NCBI GenBank assembly: GCA_050084515.1
Contig: CM114271.1
Coordinates: 39,060,001-39,124,000 of the forward strand
Origin: Blasia pusilla
Taxonomy: Eukaryota
Direction of reading: 5' to 3'
Length of the DNA stretch: 64,000 nucleotides
Under the pieces are notes generated by a model. The model was not told the origin of the DNA, searched no databases, and was given only the letters and a program-made list of their open reading frames with translations. Shown here one piece after another: positions 36,911 to 51,600 of the stretch. Both the position numbers and the translations under genes were made by a program. Positions within the stretch are counted from its first letter, which is position 1. Every line of letters starts with the position of its first letter.

Positions 36911-39900
36911 ACTACAAGCACTTACTAACCCCACCCAATAATATTTGGAAAACTTGCCATAATTTACTATGTCAATATTAGTATATATCGATCAGTAAAA
37001 TATATGCAAATTATACCAAATATTGTCCGTGAATGTTCCAATTACAAAACTTGGAATACTCACTATGAACAAGAAAGATCAATATGCTAACCTAGATAAC
37101 TGGAATCAGGGTTATCTAGTGGCAAAATATATTCTCACTTATCAAGTTCAACTATCTATGGAGAAAAAAAACTTCAGAGTGAGAGAGAGAGAGAGAGGGA
37201 GATGAAGGGAGGAATGAGATCGTGAGGGTATATAAAAAATGAGCAAGTTTATATAAAGAGGAGGATGGAAGGAAGAGAATGAACCCTTCTAACTCCCCAA
37301 ATCATCTACCCCCACTTACAATTGATTACTAAACCATCTCCATTAATTTTCTTTAATAAACCTACTTTTATTCTCCTATTAGATTCCTTCTTGAACTATC
37401 CTAACTTCTTGACCTACTTTCAATTTCCAAGAGACCTATTGTGTAAAACAACTACCGTATTCAAATCTATTTTAATATTTTCATTCCTTTCTCCACCACT
37501 AGGATCCCAAATTCATCAATTACTCTCATTTCTAACTAACTTATATTCTCCTACAACTACCCTATTCCAACCTCTCAAACCGTCAATCACCCAAACCATA
37601 ATAGTGACAAAATTTATTTAATACCTCACTTGAATCACAGGGTCCGCCCAAAGCCCCTAGCCCATACAAGGAGCCCGTGCGTGGCCTCACGCCCTAGCCG
37701 GCATGCGGGCTCAAAGGCCCGCAAGCAGCTTGCACGCAGGCCATGTGCAGGCCATCCGCGGGATCCCGGGCCCGCGGGCAGGCTCAACGGCCCGCCTGCA
37801 AGCCCGCGCCCTAGCCCGCACGTAGGCTCTAGGGCCCACACAAAGCCCGCACTATGGCCCGCCTAGGACCTAGGCCTTGGAGTCATTGCGTAGGCTCTAC
37901 GCGGGCTCTAGGGCCAAAAATCAGCCCGCACGCAGGCTTGGCGGCCGGTGACCTAGTCTGCAGGCAGGCTCCAAGGCCCGCAACAAGCAGGTGTGCAGGC
38001 TTGGCAGCCTGCATGCAAGACCGCGACCTAGCCCAAAATCAGGCTGCGCTCCCAGGCCTGAAAGCAGGTCGGGCTTCAGGGCCCATACCCTATCCCACAA
38101 GCGGCCCGCAATCATCCCGAATGTGGGCTCCAGGGCTCGCACCCTCGCCCACATGCGGCTTGCAGGCCGGCAATAAGCCCACGCGCAGGCTCCAGGTCCC
38201 ACGACCTAGTCTACATGTGGGCTCGCACCTAGCCTAGCCCGCATGTGGGCTCGCGGGCCCGCAACCTAGCCCGCAACAAGCCCACGCGCAGGGTCCAAGG
38301 CCCGTGACCTAGCCCGCATGTGGGCTTCATGGCCAGTACCTAGCGCGCAAGCAGCCCAAACGCGGGCTCTAGAGCCTGCACCCTAGCCTGCATGCGGGTT
38401 CGCGGGCCCGCAATGAGCCCGTAACCTAGCCCACAGGTGGGCTCCAAGAATGTGCAAACTAGCCCGTGCACGGGCTTCATGGCCCGCACCTAGCCTGTAT
38501 GCAGGCTCCAAGGCTCCCAATGAGCCCTCACGTCGCGTTTGCTTGCACCCCGCATCGCGAGTGAAGCCTGCACCGATGGCCCGCAAGTGGAGCCCGTGCG
38601 GTCAATCTGGGCGCCACAAAAACCCATGCTCGCACCCTGTGTTTCATGTACGGACCTGTCTGTTTCCGTGCAACCTTGGAAATGGTTCCCCTCCAAGCAG
38701 AAGATTTTCAAAAGGGAGTTTCAAATATAAAGATCCTTGAATCTGTCCTTCAAGGAAGTTTGGGAATTCAATGAGTTGTTGGGTCCCTCTTGCATCAAGC
38801 TCGACAACCCTTTTTGCTTAGACAATGATAACAAATCCAAACTCTAGAGCGAAGTCTATAGCCTTTACAAGATAAGCACTTGTTGTCTCTTTCCCCTACC
38901 AAATTCGCACTACCTTACTGTCAACTTATTGGCGGGAGTTTTCCAAACTTTAGAACAACTTTGCGAATAATCCCATATTCCAATTAGATCCTTGCTTATA
39001 GACTCCTATGTGGTTGGACCTCTCACACTATTGCTTGGACATCGTTGGGAAGAATTTCAACTCCAAAATTAAGTTTGGGTCCATAAAGAACCGAGTTGGT
39101 GATATTCAGATGATGGTTTTCTTCATTATTGGCATCTAATAGGCACAACAATTTGTACGTTTCATTAGCATCAATAGTAGATCCTATTAATAATTCATTG
39201 CATCGATCCCACTTATTACCCATAACGACACTCTCCTTCCGTGCAAGTTTTACATTTAGTCTTATTTCGTGCATCCCATGCGCAGTCAATACTGTAAAGT
39301 TCATCTCATAAGCCCAAATAATGACTAGTACGGAATTTAAATAAAAAACCACTCCTCTATCTTTTATCATGGGCACACGCATTAAGATATTTATGCTATG
39401 TTTAACAAGTTTTCCAAAACTTTGCGCCAATAGAATGCACATACCTTTAAAGATCTTGCCACACTATTTTTTTGATCCCACTTCACTCAATCCATCACCA
39501 CAAGTGATTTAAGACATTCCCAGCTTTAAGGAATACTCGATAGGTTTCATTGGCCCTATAACAAAAAATCAGTGGTATGGAGTGCAAAAGCAAGGTTGAC
39601 TTCAATTTACTAGATCTCTAGATGGTATGTCCATCATGCATTATAAGATGTATGGTTCTCATAAAGAGTGGTTGCCAAATGATTTTGGTTATGATATATT
39701 TTTATGTCATGAAATTAATGGAGTTCCTCTTACCCCTGATGGGAATCAAAAGTGCTTATTAGTTATTATCCACACCCTTAAAAGCATTCTTCGATGTTAA
39801 GAAAGATTGCTCACTACATTTAGTACTTTGATAAGATGGAAGCAAGTCTTTTGGAAGTACAAAGATGAAGTTCCAACAACTAGAACGGAAGTGGAGGAAG

Positions 39901-40773
39901 AGGATTGAGGAATTAGATCGATTGTTTCCTCATGGAACCCCTTGAGAACAAGATACGAAACGTGCGATTAAATCATAAGGAAGCAAGAAATGAAGACTCT
40001 AGTATCAAGAATAAAAGTTGTTTGATAGCCCATGACATTGCTTGATTGATCTTGGACACATTGGAGAACTTTTAGCCTCTAACCAAACAAAACACTCAAG
40101 TTCTTATTGTCTTTGGAAACGGAATTCTTCGAAATCAAAATCACTATCATGGGCCCACTAGATTAAGGCCTAAAGTTGATATGCTATCAATGGAGGAAAT
40201 AGGAGGTGCATTGGTAGATTTCAATGTTGGAGACTTTGTAATAATTATATTAGGACAAGAAAGAAAGAATATCTCCCATATGGATGGAAGAATTTTTAGC
40301 TAGAGTTGGTGCAAATAATAATTTCACAATTCAATATTGGTGGCCTTTGAATGCATTGGGACAAGGAAACATTTCCCCAAGCAAGAGATATCAAAATTGG
40401 GATGTAAAGAAATGGGAGAAGAATGTGAAAAAGCGATGTTATGTCCATATGGCTTATTGATAGCTTCTTTCACTAATTCAACATGTGTAGTGGAGTGCTA
40501 AATCCTAAGGCCTAGACCCTAAACCCTAAGTTCTACACCCTTAGCCATACACCCATGATCCTAAACATAAACCATTTACCCTAAAAAATATACCGTCACC
40601 CTTTCTTGGAATAAACTCTTTAGTAACAATATTTGAAACTTACGACAACAATTAAAGATAGCAACACGAATCTGGGAAAGCCGACAAAGTTTCAACCCTT
40701 ATGTCCATGAATATTAATATTGGAACAAAATCAGGTTTTCTAAAGGACCAAATTTATGAAAATTGGTGTATGC

Positions 40774-40775
<2 letters not shown>

Positions 40776-40812
<37 letters not shown>
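40776..40812. repeat. (GA)n microsatellite
   Basis: Directly visible. Confidence 0.95.
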
Positions 40813-40815
<3 letters not shown>

Positions 40816-43800
40816 AAAATTGAAATAATGAAGCTTTTCAATAGTGAATATTTTGATATTTAATATTTAAAAGGAAAGTTTAATTTTGAATGGGAAGGGA
40901 TAAAATTTCCAAAAAGGGCTAGGAGGCTTCATCTTTTTAATGTTAAAATTCAATGGGATAATCGAGGAGAGATGAGGAATAAAATTTTGAGGCACATGAC
41001 TCATGAGATAAGGCGGAAATAATATACAATATAGGAGAAATAGATCAACCTTCCTCCATCCCTCTACATTTCTTTGAAACGTAAAGGTTAGGTGGAAGGG
41101 GATAAAAGGAAAGGAATCAAAGGGATGCACACATATAAACTCTCTTCAAAGGGCTAGAGAGGATCCTATGTACCTAGTGCATAGCATGAGCATAAGAATA
41201 TTGGTCTTTATAACTCTTGGAGTTAAAAATATGTATATAATCTCTTCCTCTTATTGGGGCCATTAAAAGAAACTCTTTAAGGAATTTTTCATTTCAATAG
41301 AAAAAGTTAACAGAAGAGACACATATGGGTTTTATTATTAGAATAAATAGATTATTTATGTTAAAAAAACTCCTCTTTATGACAAAATGTTATGATTGCT
41401 ATGAGTTATCTAAGAAGGTACCCTTGTGTGCTATGATGATTGGATGCTTTGATTAGCCTGTTATGGTTAGCTTCTTTAGATCAATGGAAAGAGATGAATT
41501 TGGACCTCCAAGCTCCCACTTGTTTGTCTTAAGGCACGTCTCAGCTCTGAATGGCCATAAAAGGGCACTTAGGACATCTTCACAATTGTAGGTGAATATG
41601 GTTCCCATCCTATAATATATAAAAAGGGGCTATATTGAAGACGTTTTTCTAGTAGAGACATCATTGAGGGTGTCCATCCTCGTTGACTGTAAGCAAGAGA
41701 ATGGAATCTTCAGAGAGAAAAGTAAACATCTCTATGTAGGATTGAGGCTCGATTAACAAAATGAAAATCCTCAAATCTAACAAAATTGTCGACGTCCAGT
41801 AAATGTAGTAGCCTGTAATGATCGTGTAAATGAATGAAATTCATCACCAAATAACTAAAAATTTAAGAATCTCATTGTGCATTCCATAATCATTGAGGGA
41901 TTTACAAGGAACTAATAATAATAATTATTATTATTATTATTTGAGGGGGGGGGGATAAGCTATAGTATCTCTTTCATGGAATGGAGTCATCTTGCTTCTT
42001 GGTCGCTCTTGCTCTACTTCTGATTTCTTGTTGACCCTTTGTTCCCATGTTTATATAAATTTATGACAATTCTAAGATGATGTTGTTGGAACCTAGCTTC
42101 AAATTAAGAGGTTAAGATGTTAACCTCAATAATTTAACTCTCATCAAACCACCTAGGCTGAGCAATTAAAAGAAAATGAGAGGATGCATGTTCTGCAATA
42201 CTCGAAACAAGTTTGATTTTGAAACTAGACTTTTATTTCACCACCTCAAAATTTTATTTCTTTGCTATCAAATCAGCATTGCTCACATATTCTCATGCAC
42301 AAAATCATCATTTCTAACCCGCCTTTGTGCTTTCCTCTACGCTTGTGTTACAGTATGCTTGCATGAAAGTTTTCATGCGCATACACATCGCTACACAACC
42401 CACATCGTTGGTCACATCTACATACCACCCAACACCGATCTTCCCAAGATACGAGTCGATCCATCCATAAATGAAATAAACTCACGCATATACATTGAGA
42501 CCCCACGACAAAATCAAAGTAAAAATCGCTTACCCGGCCTAAAACTCCACTCTTGAATCTACATCAGCATATCGAGCCACATCCTCCCTCCGCTATGAGG
42601 AATCCAGACGCTAGCACCCTAATTCCTACACACCCTCACACACACATGCAAAATAGATGCTCTTAAGGCTCAATATGAGAAATATGGCTTGAGAAATCCA
42701 TCTCTCTTACTCTTATACCCTTGGGAAGAGCCAAAATCCTATTCCCCCAAAAATAGCCCTCCCAACGGTAACCTACGTGCATAGGTTATGGGGTGACCGT
42801 TGACTCAATCAATAGGTCACTTGACGGACTAAAACCAAAATAGGGAAATCACCATAAATGATGTTCCCAATGCAATAGACTTGTTGCCAACCTCATCTGA
42901 CATCTCAAGACGAAGTTACACTCAAGACAGTCCGTTGGCTCTCTTTGTTGTTGCCACGATAGATCTCTACGTATCGGCTACTAAGACGTAACAACTATCG
43001 TGCGCATACATATCGCTACATAATCCACATTTCTGGTCAAATCTACACACCACACAACACCGATCTTCCCAACACATGGGTCAATCCATCCATAAACGAA
43101 ACAAATTCACGTATATACATTGAGACCCCACAACCGTCCCCCTCATTGGTAGTTGGATCCCCCTAACTCCAGATAGCCCACACATATGTACCTGATATGA
43201 TTTACTATCCTATACATCTAGCACCATTAGTGTCGTCATCCCTGCAATACTGCCCCATTGCAGCAACCCGTTGTGTTGATCCCTCCGAAGAGATCAAACA
43301 CTCTCTTATCCTGCTCCAAACGCTGCCATACAACAAGTGTGGTATCCAAAGATATAAAGTCTCCACACCAAGAGCACCACTGTCATATGACTTTGTCTGC
43401 TCCAAGACATAAGCACGGCTCTATGCCTGCCTCACGAGCTCATGTGCACTCCACGCAACTCAACCCTCATCCCCAACAATGATAAAGAAGCTTTGCACCA
43501 TGGGAAGAGACACCCATCTTGACATGTCTCTCCGTCGGACTATCCGCTACAGGAATTTCCCCCACATGTATGCTCCTCTCCCCAAACCCTCTTGATCAAC
43601 TAACACCACTTGTGAATGCTGCCAACGTGATCATTGTATCCTCATGTGGTTGACCACGACTACCCCCTGCAAACAATATCCGTGGATGGCTCACCTGTCT
43701 ATCACCTGATCGCCACCTTGGTCGAAAAGAAATCGTCTCCTCCCAAAAAACTAGAATGAAACCAAGGAGATACAACACCGTACTCTCTACCAATACATCA

Positions 43801-43976
43801 TACGATTATGCCGGTGTCGTAACTGCTTGAGTGCGCACCATCGCACTATCCGACTCATGCTCTGGCTGGAGTCTGACCACCAACTCTTGTCGAGTCATGT
43901 ACTACGTGGATGATACGCCCCCAACAGAGGTGTGTATCGGAAAGGAAAAATGCTCGATGTTGCCTTTTTGTAACCC

Positions 43977-45118
43977 TGTAATGTCTAAGTGTTTCTTATT
44001 TACAGTCAATTGTAGAGTTCGATCCCCAAGAGGATCATTGTTGGATGAAAAGAGAGTATAAAGTGATGATTATGTTGTAAAAATGTAATTGATTATGTAA
44101 TTCAAATGTAGTATTCTAGGAACATCTTCCGATCCTTTTTAGTACCTATGTTTCCTTCTTCAATTCTCTCGTGTGGAGTTTAAAGTACGCTCAGGCAATT
44201 TGTTCTCTCGACATCTCGGAACCTCACAGAGACCTCAAGAATAAAGTTGGCTTCTCTTACTTTCGGAACTCAATCCGTCGGGGCAGGTTACTCTCTGTCA
44301 AACAGATTTCATACAACTTTATGTTGATTTTTCCATTGATAAGAAAGGTTCGCCTTATTCACTCTTCACTCGGCAGACCCGAAAAGAATATTCAGACATA
44401 AGCATCGCACATCAAAATGAATGAATGAATGCTTTACTACTCTATCAAGAATTGGAAGACTTCAAAGTATATACAAGCTCGAGAGGGTACAACTCTCTTG
44501 CTCGGACCATTCCTACAGCATAAGGACTTCATGAGCGAATGATGATAATAGCTTTTGTCTAGTTTCTTAAATATTCTCGAGAATAGGAGCGTTTCTATGA
44601 TCCGAAGCGTTCTTGATGAAGTTGGTGTCTCTTCAATATCTGTAACTACCTAGATCTATGGTTCTCTTAGCTTTTCCTACGATCCCTATGAATCATGGTA
44701 CAAAATCGTTTCTAACTACCAATTTGATACAAAGGGTCGCGCCCTTTCCTAGTCTAATTGTTTAAACTATGTGTCGGTTCGAATCACAATCATGCTGAGC
44801 TTCGCTGCGCTAAATTTCCGGAGGATGAAGTTCTTCATTCTTCTTCGTCTTCGTCTTCGTGCTTCGTTCAAGAGCGAAGTACCTCGTATACAGAGCTTCG
44901 TTGAGCTTCGCGTTGATCCTTTATACTTCGTTACAGCTTTTGATTCTCCTCTAAGGCAAATCCTTGAACTTCCATCTTTCTGCCTTGTCTTAGGAGCTTG
45001 GTGATTCACTTATTCTTCTTCATAATAATAAATAATCATAATCAAAATCATAATATACAAGAGTCTTCGTTGAATAAAAAGATATATTCTTCAAGATTAC
45101 AAAATTGTGGGTATCACA
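43977..45118. mobile_element. Solo LTR of an unrelated conventional LTR retrotransposon, 5 bp TSD AACCC
   Basis: TGT...ACA ends; AACCC at 43972-43976 and 45119-45123. Removing it restores the protease frame GKAACLPLGLQKGNIEHF. Confidence 0.88.
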
Positions 45119-47290
45119 AACCCCAACGGCAAACACGCCGCCTTCCCTAACATTAAGGGCTGCGCTCCCGAATCAAGTAGGATGCGCTGCGGGTGGTACA
45201 CCGCACCTATGGGACTAACCAAGCAAAACACTCCAACTCGATTATCTAACAACACCACACCTGATGTGATCATGGCTTGCTCTATCGCTGGCCTAGCACG
45301 CATATCTACTAACTTTGCCACCATAGCATGCCATGACTCCCGAGTACTTGCTCCGAGGATAGGTCCACCATCTCCTCAACTACCTCTAAACAAGAGGCAG
45401 TCACCTCTTCGTGCTCATACAACATAGCAGCCATCCGGAACTCATCGGCTGGTCCAATTCCCAACGTTGCCAAATCCATGGCAGAAAACAACGGAGCCTA
45501 ACTCAACCTAGTGGCCACCTCCAAGAACGTGGTCGAAATTCCAACCAAGCCACCATTGGAGCTATCTCTCCAACTCCTCGTGACATCGATGCACCTACCT
45601 CACGTGTGGGTACTACTAGTCGTTGAGGCACCATCAACGGTGTATGAAATGCCTCCAAAACCGTGAACGACTTGGGAATCCTAGCTTGCCGCCCATCGGT
45701 CCCCTTCTGTGGGTCAATCTCAACCCCACCTCTTGATGGCTCAGTTACTCTCGTAGTACCCCGAGTCACCACTGCATCAGCCTCAACTTGATCCGCACTA
45801 CACATAAATCCCATACCAGCCCAATCCTCACCTGTATCGTGGTAAGATGTGGAGGCTGGAGCTAGACTAGCTACTCTCAACTTTGTGTCTGCCCTTAGCT
45901 GCAGGATCTTGCATCATCAGCATGGGATCAATCCTCTGCTCCAACTTATCGATGCGAGTAAGGAGCGTTGCATAGGGTTCACTTCCTCCGTCTCCTATGA
46001 CTGGTGATGGATTCTACCACCACGATCATCCACTACTCGATCTCCACCAACTCTCATGCCCCCAAATCCTCTGCCTACCTCTTGCTGTACCTCCCGACGA
46101 AGATCAAAACACCTATCCCTAGTGTGACCATATTGATGACAATGATCACACTGCAACTGTGGTGGGTTCATCCTAGGTGGCTCTTGAGCAATGGGAAGTA
46201 TCCTTGGTCCTCTACCATGCTGTGGGCAGTCCCTCTGCCTATGTGGCCCACCACACATCCAACAAGCCCATCTTAGCTGGTCCCTGCCAGGTAACATATG
46301 TCGATACGGGTCGTTGCCTCATCGGCTCACGATACTCACCATGCTCTCTGGGCCGATTGGCCCGCTCTCATGGTATTGATGCATGCTAGGACACATGTGG
46401 GGCTACTTCTACTCATAAACCCGTCAAATCCCGTGAAAATCCCGTGGTCACCACTTTCTCTTCACTCATGTTGAGCTCTATGCGCTTAGAAAACTCAAAG
46501 ACCACCTTCAATGTGGGTTTTTCCATGTGAAGCAATATCGCATCCCGAACTCCTCCGTAGCTCCTGGTCCAACACCCCATACCAATACTATATTCACTAT
46601 GCCTCAATCACCCCATATGTGGCAATGATCAGTTGTCGCATCCACGTGAACGCGTCCCTCAAACTCTCACCCAATCTCCGCTGAAATTCCTGTAGACTCT
46701 TCAGCTTGTCGGTCCGCACGCCCTCGCACCTCCTCCCCAACTGTTGAAAGAACTCCAATGTAGGAGTGAAACTGGGTGGTCCTCTACCACGAGAAGTCTC
46801 TGCCATGTCACCACTCTCACTGCCATCCTCTCCATCTAGTCCTCGCGCTAATGGTGTAGGCCTCTCTGCCCTCACTATCCCATCATACGCCTCACGGCGA
46901 CTAGTGGACACGTTGATCTCTACTGAGTGTAAAGATCAAAACTCCATGCAGTCATCCATCGGAGGGCCCTCTAAATACTGGAACAGACCCTTCCACACCA
47001 TGAAGGGTTGAACCGCGTAGGGGCTCGGATCTCTTGGAATTCACACCATTTGTCGAACTCCTAGATGAAATCAGCAAGGTCAATCATCCCTACCACACCC
47101 GAGAAACAACGTATCCCCCAATGGCCCATATTTTCCATCTCTCTCCACGTATCATTATCCCCATCTGCAATCTCGTCACCAGGCCATTTTTCCAAATTCT
47201 GGAAGAACGCCGTGATGACAATTCTCTCTCACCCGCTCAAGCACTCAGACTCACCAAGAGTCTCCCACACTCCTCACTAGCTCACCTACG
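45119..47290 (-). pseudogene. gag: gag and protease start of copy 3
   Basis: CWMCGGPHRQRDC, CDHCHQYGHTRDRC, GVRTDKLKSLQEFQRRLGESL and RILLDSGAQPLM; homologous to 60306-62500. Confidence 0.87.
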
Positions 47291-48443
47291 CTAATGGTAA
47301 TCCCGTGACAACACACTCGGCCTCACACACACTCAACACTTGGGCTCACCATGAGCCTCCCGAATTAACTCACCTAAGCTACTGACACTCTCGGGTCATA
47401 CATGCGACCCCTACTTGGCAACCGCCGTATATCCACAAACATGCTACACATGCATGGAGATTACACTCATCACCATTGCTACACCCATCTAGCAACAACA
47501 ACTACCTGATACCCAACACTCTCAATCACACAAGATAAGTGCGGGAAAAGCGACTCGAATGGGTAATATGAACTCGCCCACCATCAATCTACTGCAGTCA
47601 AAACTCCTCCATGTGGTGCTGCAACCTCCGCAGCACAACACTCTCCTCCAATAGCACATCGAACCTCTCATCGGCATCGACATGTGCGTCTCCAGCACAA
47701 CCCTCTCACCCACAATGGGTGAAGGAGTACCGCGTTGACCCCCACTCAACTCGCAATGACCGATAAAATCTGTTCGCGAATCCCATACACGCTCGCAAGA
47801 CACCAAGTCCCAAAAACTCTCTCCCACTATGTAACTCAACTCAACCAATTCCGACCCCCTCAACCTAGTAATGTGAACCAACCAAGTCGGGCTACTCGAT
47901 CTCACATATCCATCCTGCATCTACCACATCCGCCCTTACTCTACTAACCCGTAAACATGCGTACATCGTTACGCCCCAAAATTGACCTCGACTGTACTAT
48001 TGACCGCGCACGTATGATCTAAACCTAACCCAAGACCGGCGGCTGTGACCTAGCTCTCATGGCGGCTACCATGGTCTTTCCCTAACCTTCTTACTTCCCA
48101 TTTTCCAACACTCACTCGCTGCTATACTCTTCTATTGTCCCTCGTCAACCCGCACCAGCAAAATCTGCAAAAAATGGACAACGCTTTTGCGCATGGCCTC
48201 TCAAACAGAAAATTGACAAAAAAAATGCCAAAAAGAATTTCCAAGGGCTCCCAAATTGAGGCCTTGGAAATTGGCCTGCTACGCAACTTCGTGGTGATCC
48301 CGTCCATGAAAATACCCGCTTGGTTACGCCGGACTGCTCTTATAGTCCGCTCCCCCCTTGTCCATTCTTGGCCGTGGCACCGGGGCTGTAACAAGAAAGT
48401 GGGCGCTTCGCGTCTTTGCCACGCTCCCCCTTCCTCACTTCCT

Positions 48444-48593
48444 GCGCTTCGCTGCTTCGCGAAGCATGGGCTGTCTGGAACCTCAGTGCTTCGCTACTTC
48501 GCGAAGCACGGTATATCTTGAACTTCTGTGCTTCGCTACTTTGCGAAGCACGGTATGTCTTGAACTTCTGTGCTTCGCTACTTTGCGAAGCAC
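48444..48593. repeat. 42 bp tandem repeat (3.6 copies), each with a 9 bp-stem palindrome
   Basis: gtgcttcgc-tacttt-gcgaagcac at 48444, 48486, 48528 and 48570. Confidence 0.92.
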
Positions 48594-48623
48594 GGGGCGT
48601 TCGCCTACCCCCTTCCTCATGTT

Positions 48624-51600
48624 TCAGTTATCCTCAGGTTCGGGCTCATAGTACCGGCGCACATGCATGCCATTGACTCGCGTGGGCAGGGATTCTCCCT
48701 GTAAGGTTTCTAACTGGAGGGATCCATTATCATAGATGGCCAATACCCGGTAGGGTCCCATCCAATTTAATTTTAATTTTCCGGGAAATTTAGTGCGGTT
48801 ATCATACAATAGCACTAAGTCGCCAACATTGATAGTTTGTGGCCGGAGATGTCGATCGTAACGTTTCTTACGTTCTTTTTGCACTTGGGTCGTCGGCGAA
48901 TACGAGCATGCGTGCTTCTTCCAACTCCACTAGGGTCTCATTCTTGTGTTCGATAACCGCCTGCAGCCTTCCGTTCTTGTGCCCTCCAATACCCGATAAG
49001 TGGGCAACGCCCATTGAATAGGTGTTAAGGGATGTACGCCATAAGTCGGGAAGAACGGGTGTATTTTGTCGTCACCTTCTCATTGTTCGATACGCCCATA
49101 ATGTGGGGCAATTTTGTGTCCCAATCATAGGAATAGGTTACCGTTAATCGATTCAATATTCGCAAATGAGGCCGTTCGATTTTTCCGTCAACCCGTTGGC
49201 TTTAGGGTTGTAGGGAGTGGTTTTCCGATGCTTAATGAGAAAGTGGGAAGTGAGAGACTCAATAGTCAGTTCAGGAAGTGCGCACCCGGTCACTTACTAG
49301 TTCCAACGGACAGACCATAACACGTGATAATCATCTCGTATAAAAACTTAGCCATCGCTTCATTGTCATCTTTCCGCGTGGCTACTGCTTCAACCATCTT
49401 AGTACAATAGTCCGTGGCGATAAGAATATACTTCCGCCGGGTTTGGCGAGTGGCCGGGGAGATAGGGCCCACGAAGTCAATGCCCCATTTTTCAAAAGGA
49501 GCTAGGGGCATGATGGGGACCAAAGGCCACAGCGAGTCGCGTGGGTCGACCTGCCCTTTGGCAGCATCACAACTCCGAATAAAATTACCTACGTCTTTGT
49601 ACATAGTCGGCCACCAATAACGTGCAGCCAAAATTTTCTTAACGGTATTTTTTACCGCATAGTGTCCACCGGAATCAGCCATATGCAGGGCTCTGATGAC
49701 CTAGGGAACCTCTTCCGCTTCCAAGCATCTTTGATGATCTTCATTAGCACCTAATTTGAATAAGACCCCTTGACAGATCTCATAAGGGCCTATCCGATGT
49801 AAGAAAATTGCGCGTTCTTCCGCTGTCATCGGGGCAGGAAGTCGCAGAGTCATTAGAAACCGCAGAATATCCTCATAAAAAGACTAGCTCAACCGTTCCT
49901 CTGTTATCTGGAACAGATCTTCATCGGGAAAGGTATCATCGACAGATTGGGTGAGGTCCGCGTTTGTCATCCTCAACCGGGAAAGAAAATCGGCATTGGT
50001 ATGCACCTTGTCGGCACGGGTCACAACATCGAATGTGAATTCTTGTAGCAACAAGATTCACCGTGCAATGCGTCCTGACAGGTCGGCTTTCCCCATTAAG
50101 GGTCTGAGTGCGAAATGATCCACATGAAAGACAAATTCGTACCCTAATAAATAGTGTCGGAACTTTTTACACGAGAAGACCATGCCTAACGCCTCTCGTT
50201 CGGTGGTTGTATATTTCTGCTCTGCCGCCGATAGTTGTCGGCCGGCGTAGTAAATGGAAAATCATGTTTGTACTCATCCAATTGGCTGAGCACTACTCCA
50301 ATGGCAAATGAGGATGTGTCCACATACACGTGGAAGGGTTTGGTCCAATCGGGGGACCGAAGTACGGGAGCCTTTTGCAATGCGTCTTTTAAGGTGTCGA
50401 ATGCCACTTGGCACGCTGGTGTCCACTCCTATTCGGTGGTCTTCTTAAGTAATGCAGTAAGAGCGCCCGATTTTACCGCGTAATCTTTAATAAACCGTCG
50501 ATAGTACCCGACATGTCCCAAGAATCCTCTCAATTCACGGAGATTAGTGGGTGGTTCCAATGCGACGATAATATCCACCTTGGCCTTGTCGACCTCAATT
50601 CCTTGCGCCGACACTCGGTGTCCCAGCAGAATTCCTTGTTTCATAGCGATATATGATTTGTCCGGATGAAGGGACAAATGCACTTCGCGACAGCGTGCGA
50701 GTGTTAACTCTAACTTTTCAAGATGTTCGGCCTCCGTGCTAAAGATACAAAAATCGTCTAAAAAGATTTCCACGAACTTCCGAAGATACTCCTGGAAGGT
50801 GGAGATCATCATCTGTTGGAAAGTAGCTGGGGCATTGCACAACCCAAAAGACATTACGCGATATGCGAAAGTTCCCCAGTCCGTCGTGAACGTTGTGAGG
50901 GGACGATCCTTTTCTCGTATGGATACCTGGTTGTACCCCGAATAACCGTCCAAGAAAGTATAACGCTCGTGCCCGCCACTTTATCCAAAATAATCGGTGA
51001 AAGGTAGAGGATGGTGGTCTTTAAGGTGGCGCATTCAATTTCCGATAGTCCTGGCACACTCGGATTTTGCCCGTTTGTTTTTAGGCACAATTACGATGGC
51101 GACACCCACTCCACTCGCCGCTTAACACCGGATAGATTATTCCCGCCGAGACGCTGATCGATCTCGCCCTTGACTAACAATGAATACTTTGGATTCAGTC
51201 GATATTGTCGCATCCGTACCGGGACCGCCCCTTCTTTAAGATCAATTCGGTGTTCCCCATATTGTGCGGGAATGCCTCTCATTTCATCCATAGAGTATGC
51301 AAAGACATCCAAATACTCAAACAGCAGTCTTTTATATTTTATAAGTGTGGTGGGAGACAAATCCGCCGAAAGGCATAGAGACTTTTGATCTGCAATATTG
51401 ACTGGGCGTAGTCTGCTCACGAACCATGTTTTTCAGATTTGGAAGGTGCTATGACCTAGCTTCTCTTCCTCTCAAGTTGACCTTGGCTTGGAGGGTACTG
51501 CCCCCTCGTCTGTTTCATAACATTCTAAATAATATACATTGGACGAGGACTCAGTAGCGGTGGTGTTGTCTTGATCTGACGTATAGCCGTCGTCAGTCGG

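Larger units (their letters stand above)
26520..38678 (-). mobile_element. Large (~12.2 kb) hAT DNA transposon with cargo
   Basis: 12 bp perfect TIRs: CAAGGTTGCACG at 26520 and CGTGCAACCTTG ending at 38678. GC-rich subterminal repeats (ggcccgc/tagcccgc) at 26520-27170 and 37630-38678. hAT transposase inside. No 8 bp TSD found. Confidence 0.78.

Noticed and set aside
40500-40590. Interstitial telomere array
   Set aside because: Only one or two good CCCTAAA units in degenerate sequence.
48444-48593. CRISPR-like palindromic repeats
   Set aside because: The intervening 18 bp segments are near-identical rather than unique spacers, there are no cas genes, and the context is a eukaryotic retroelement.
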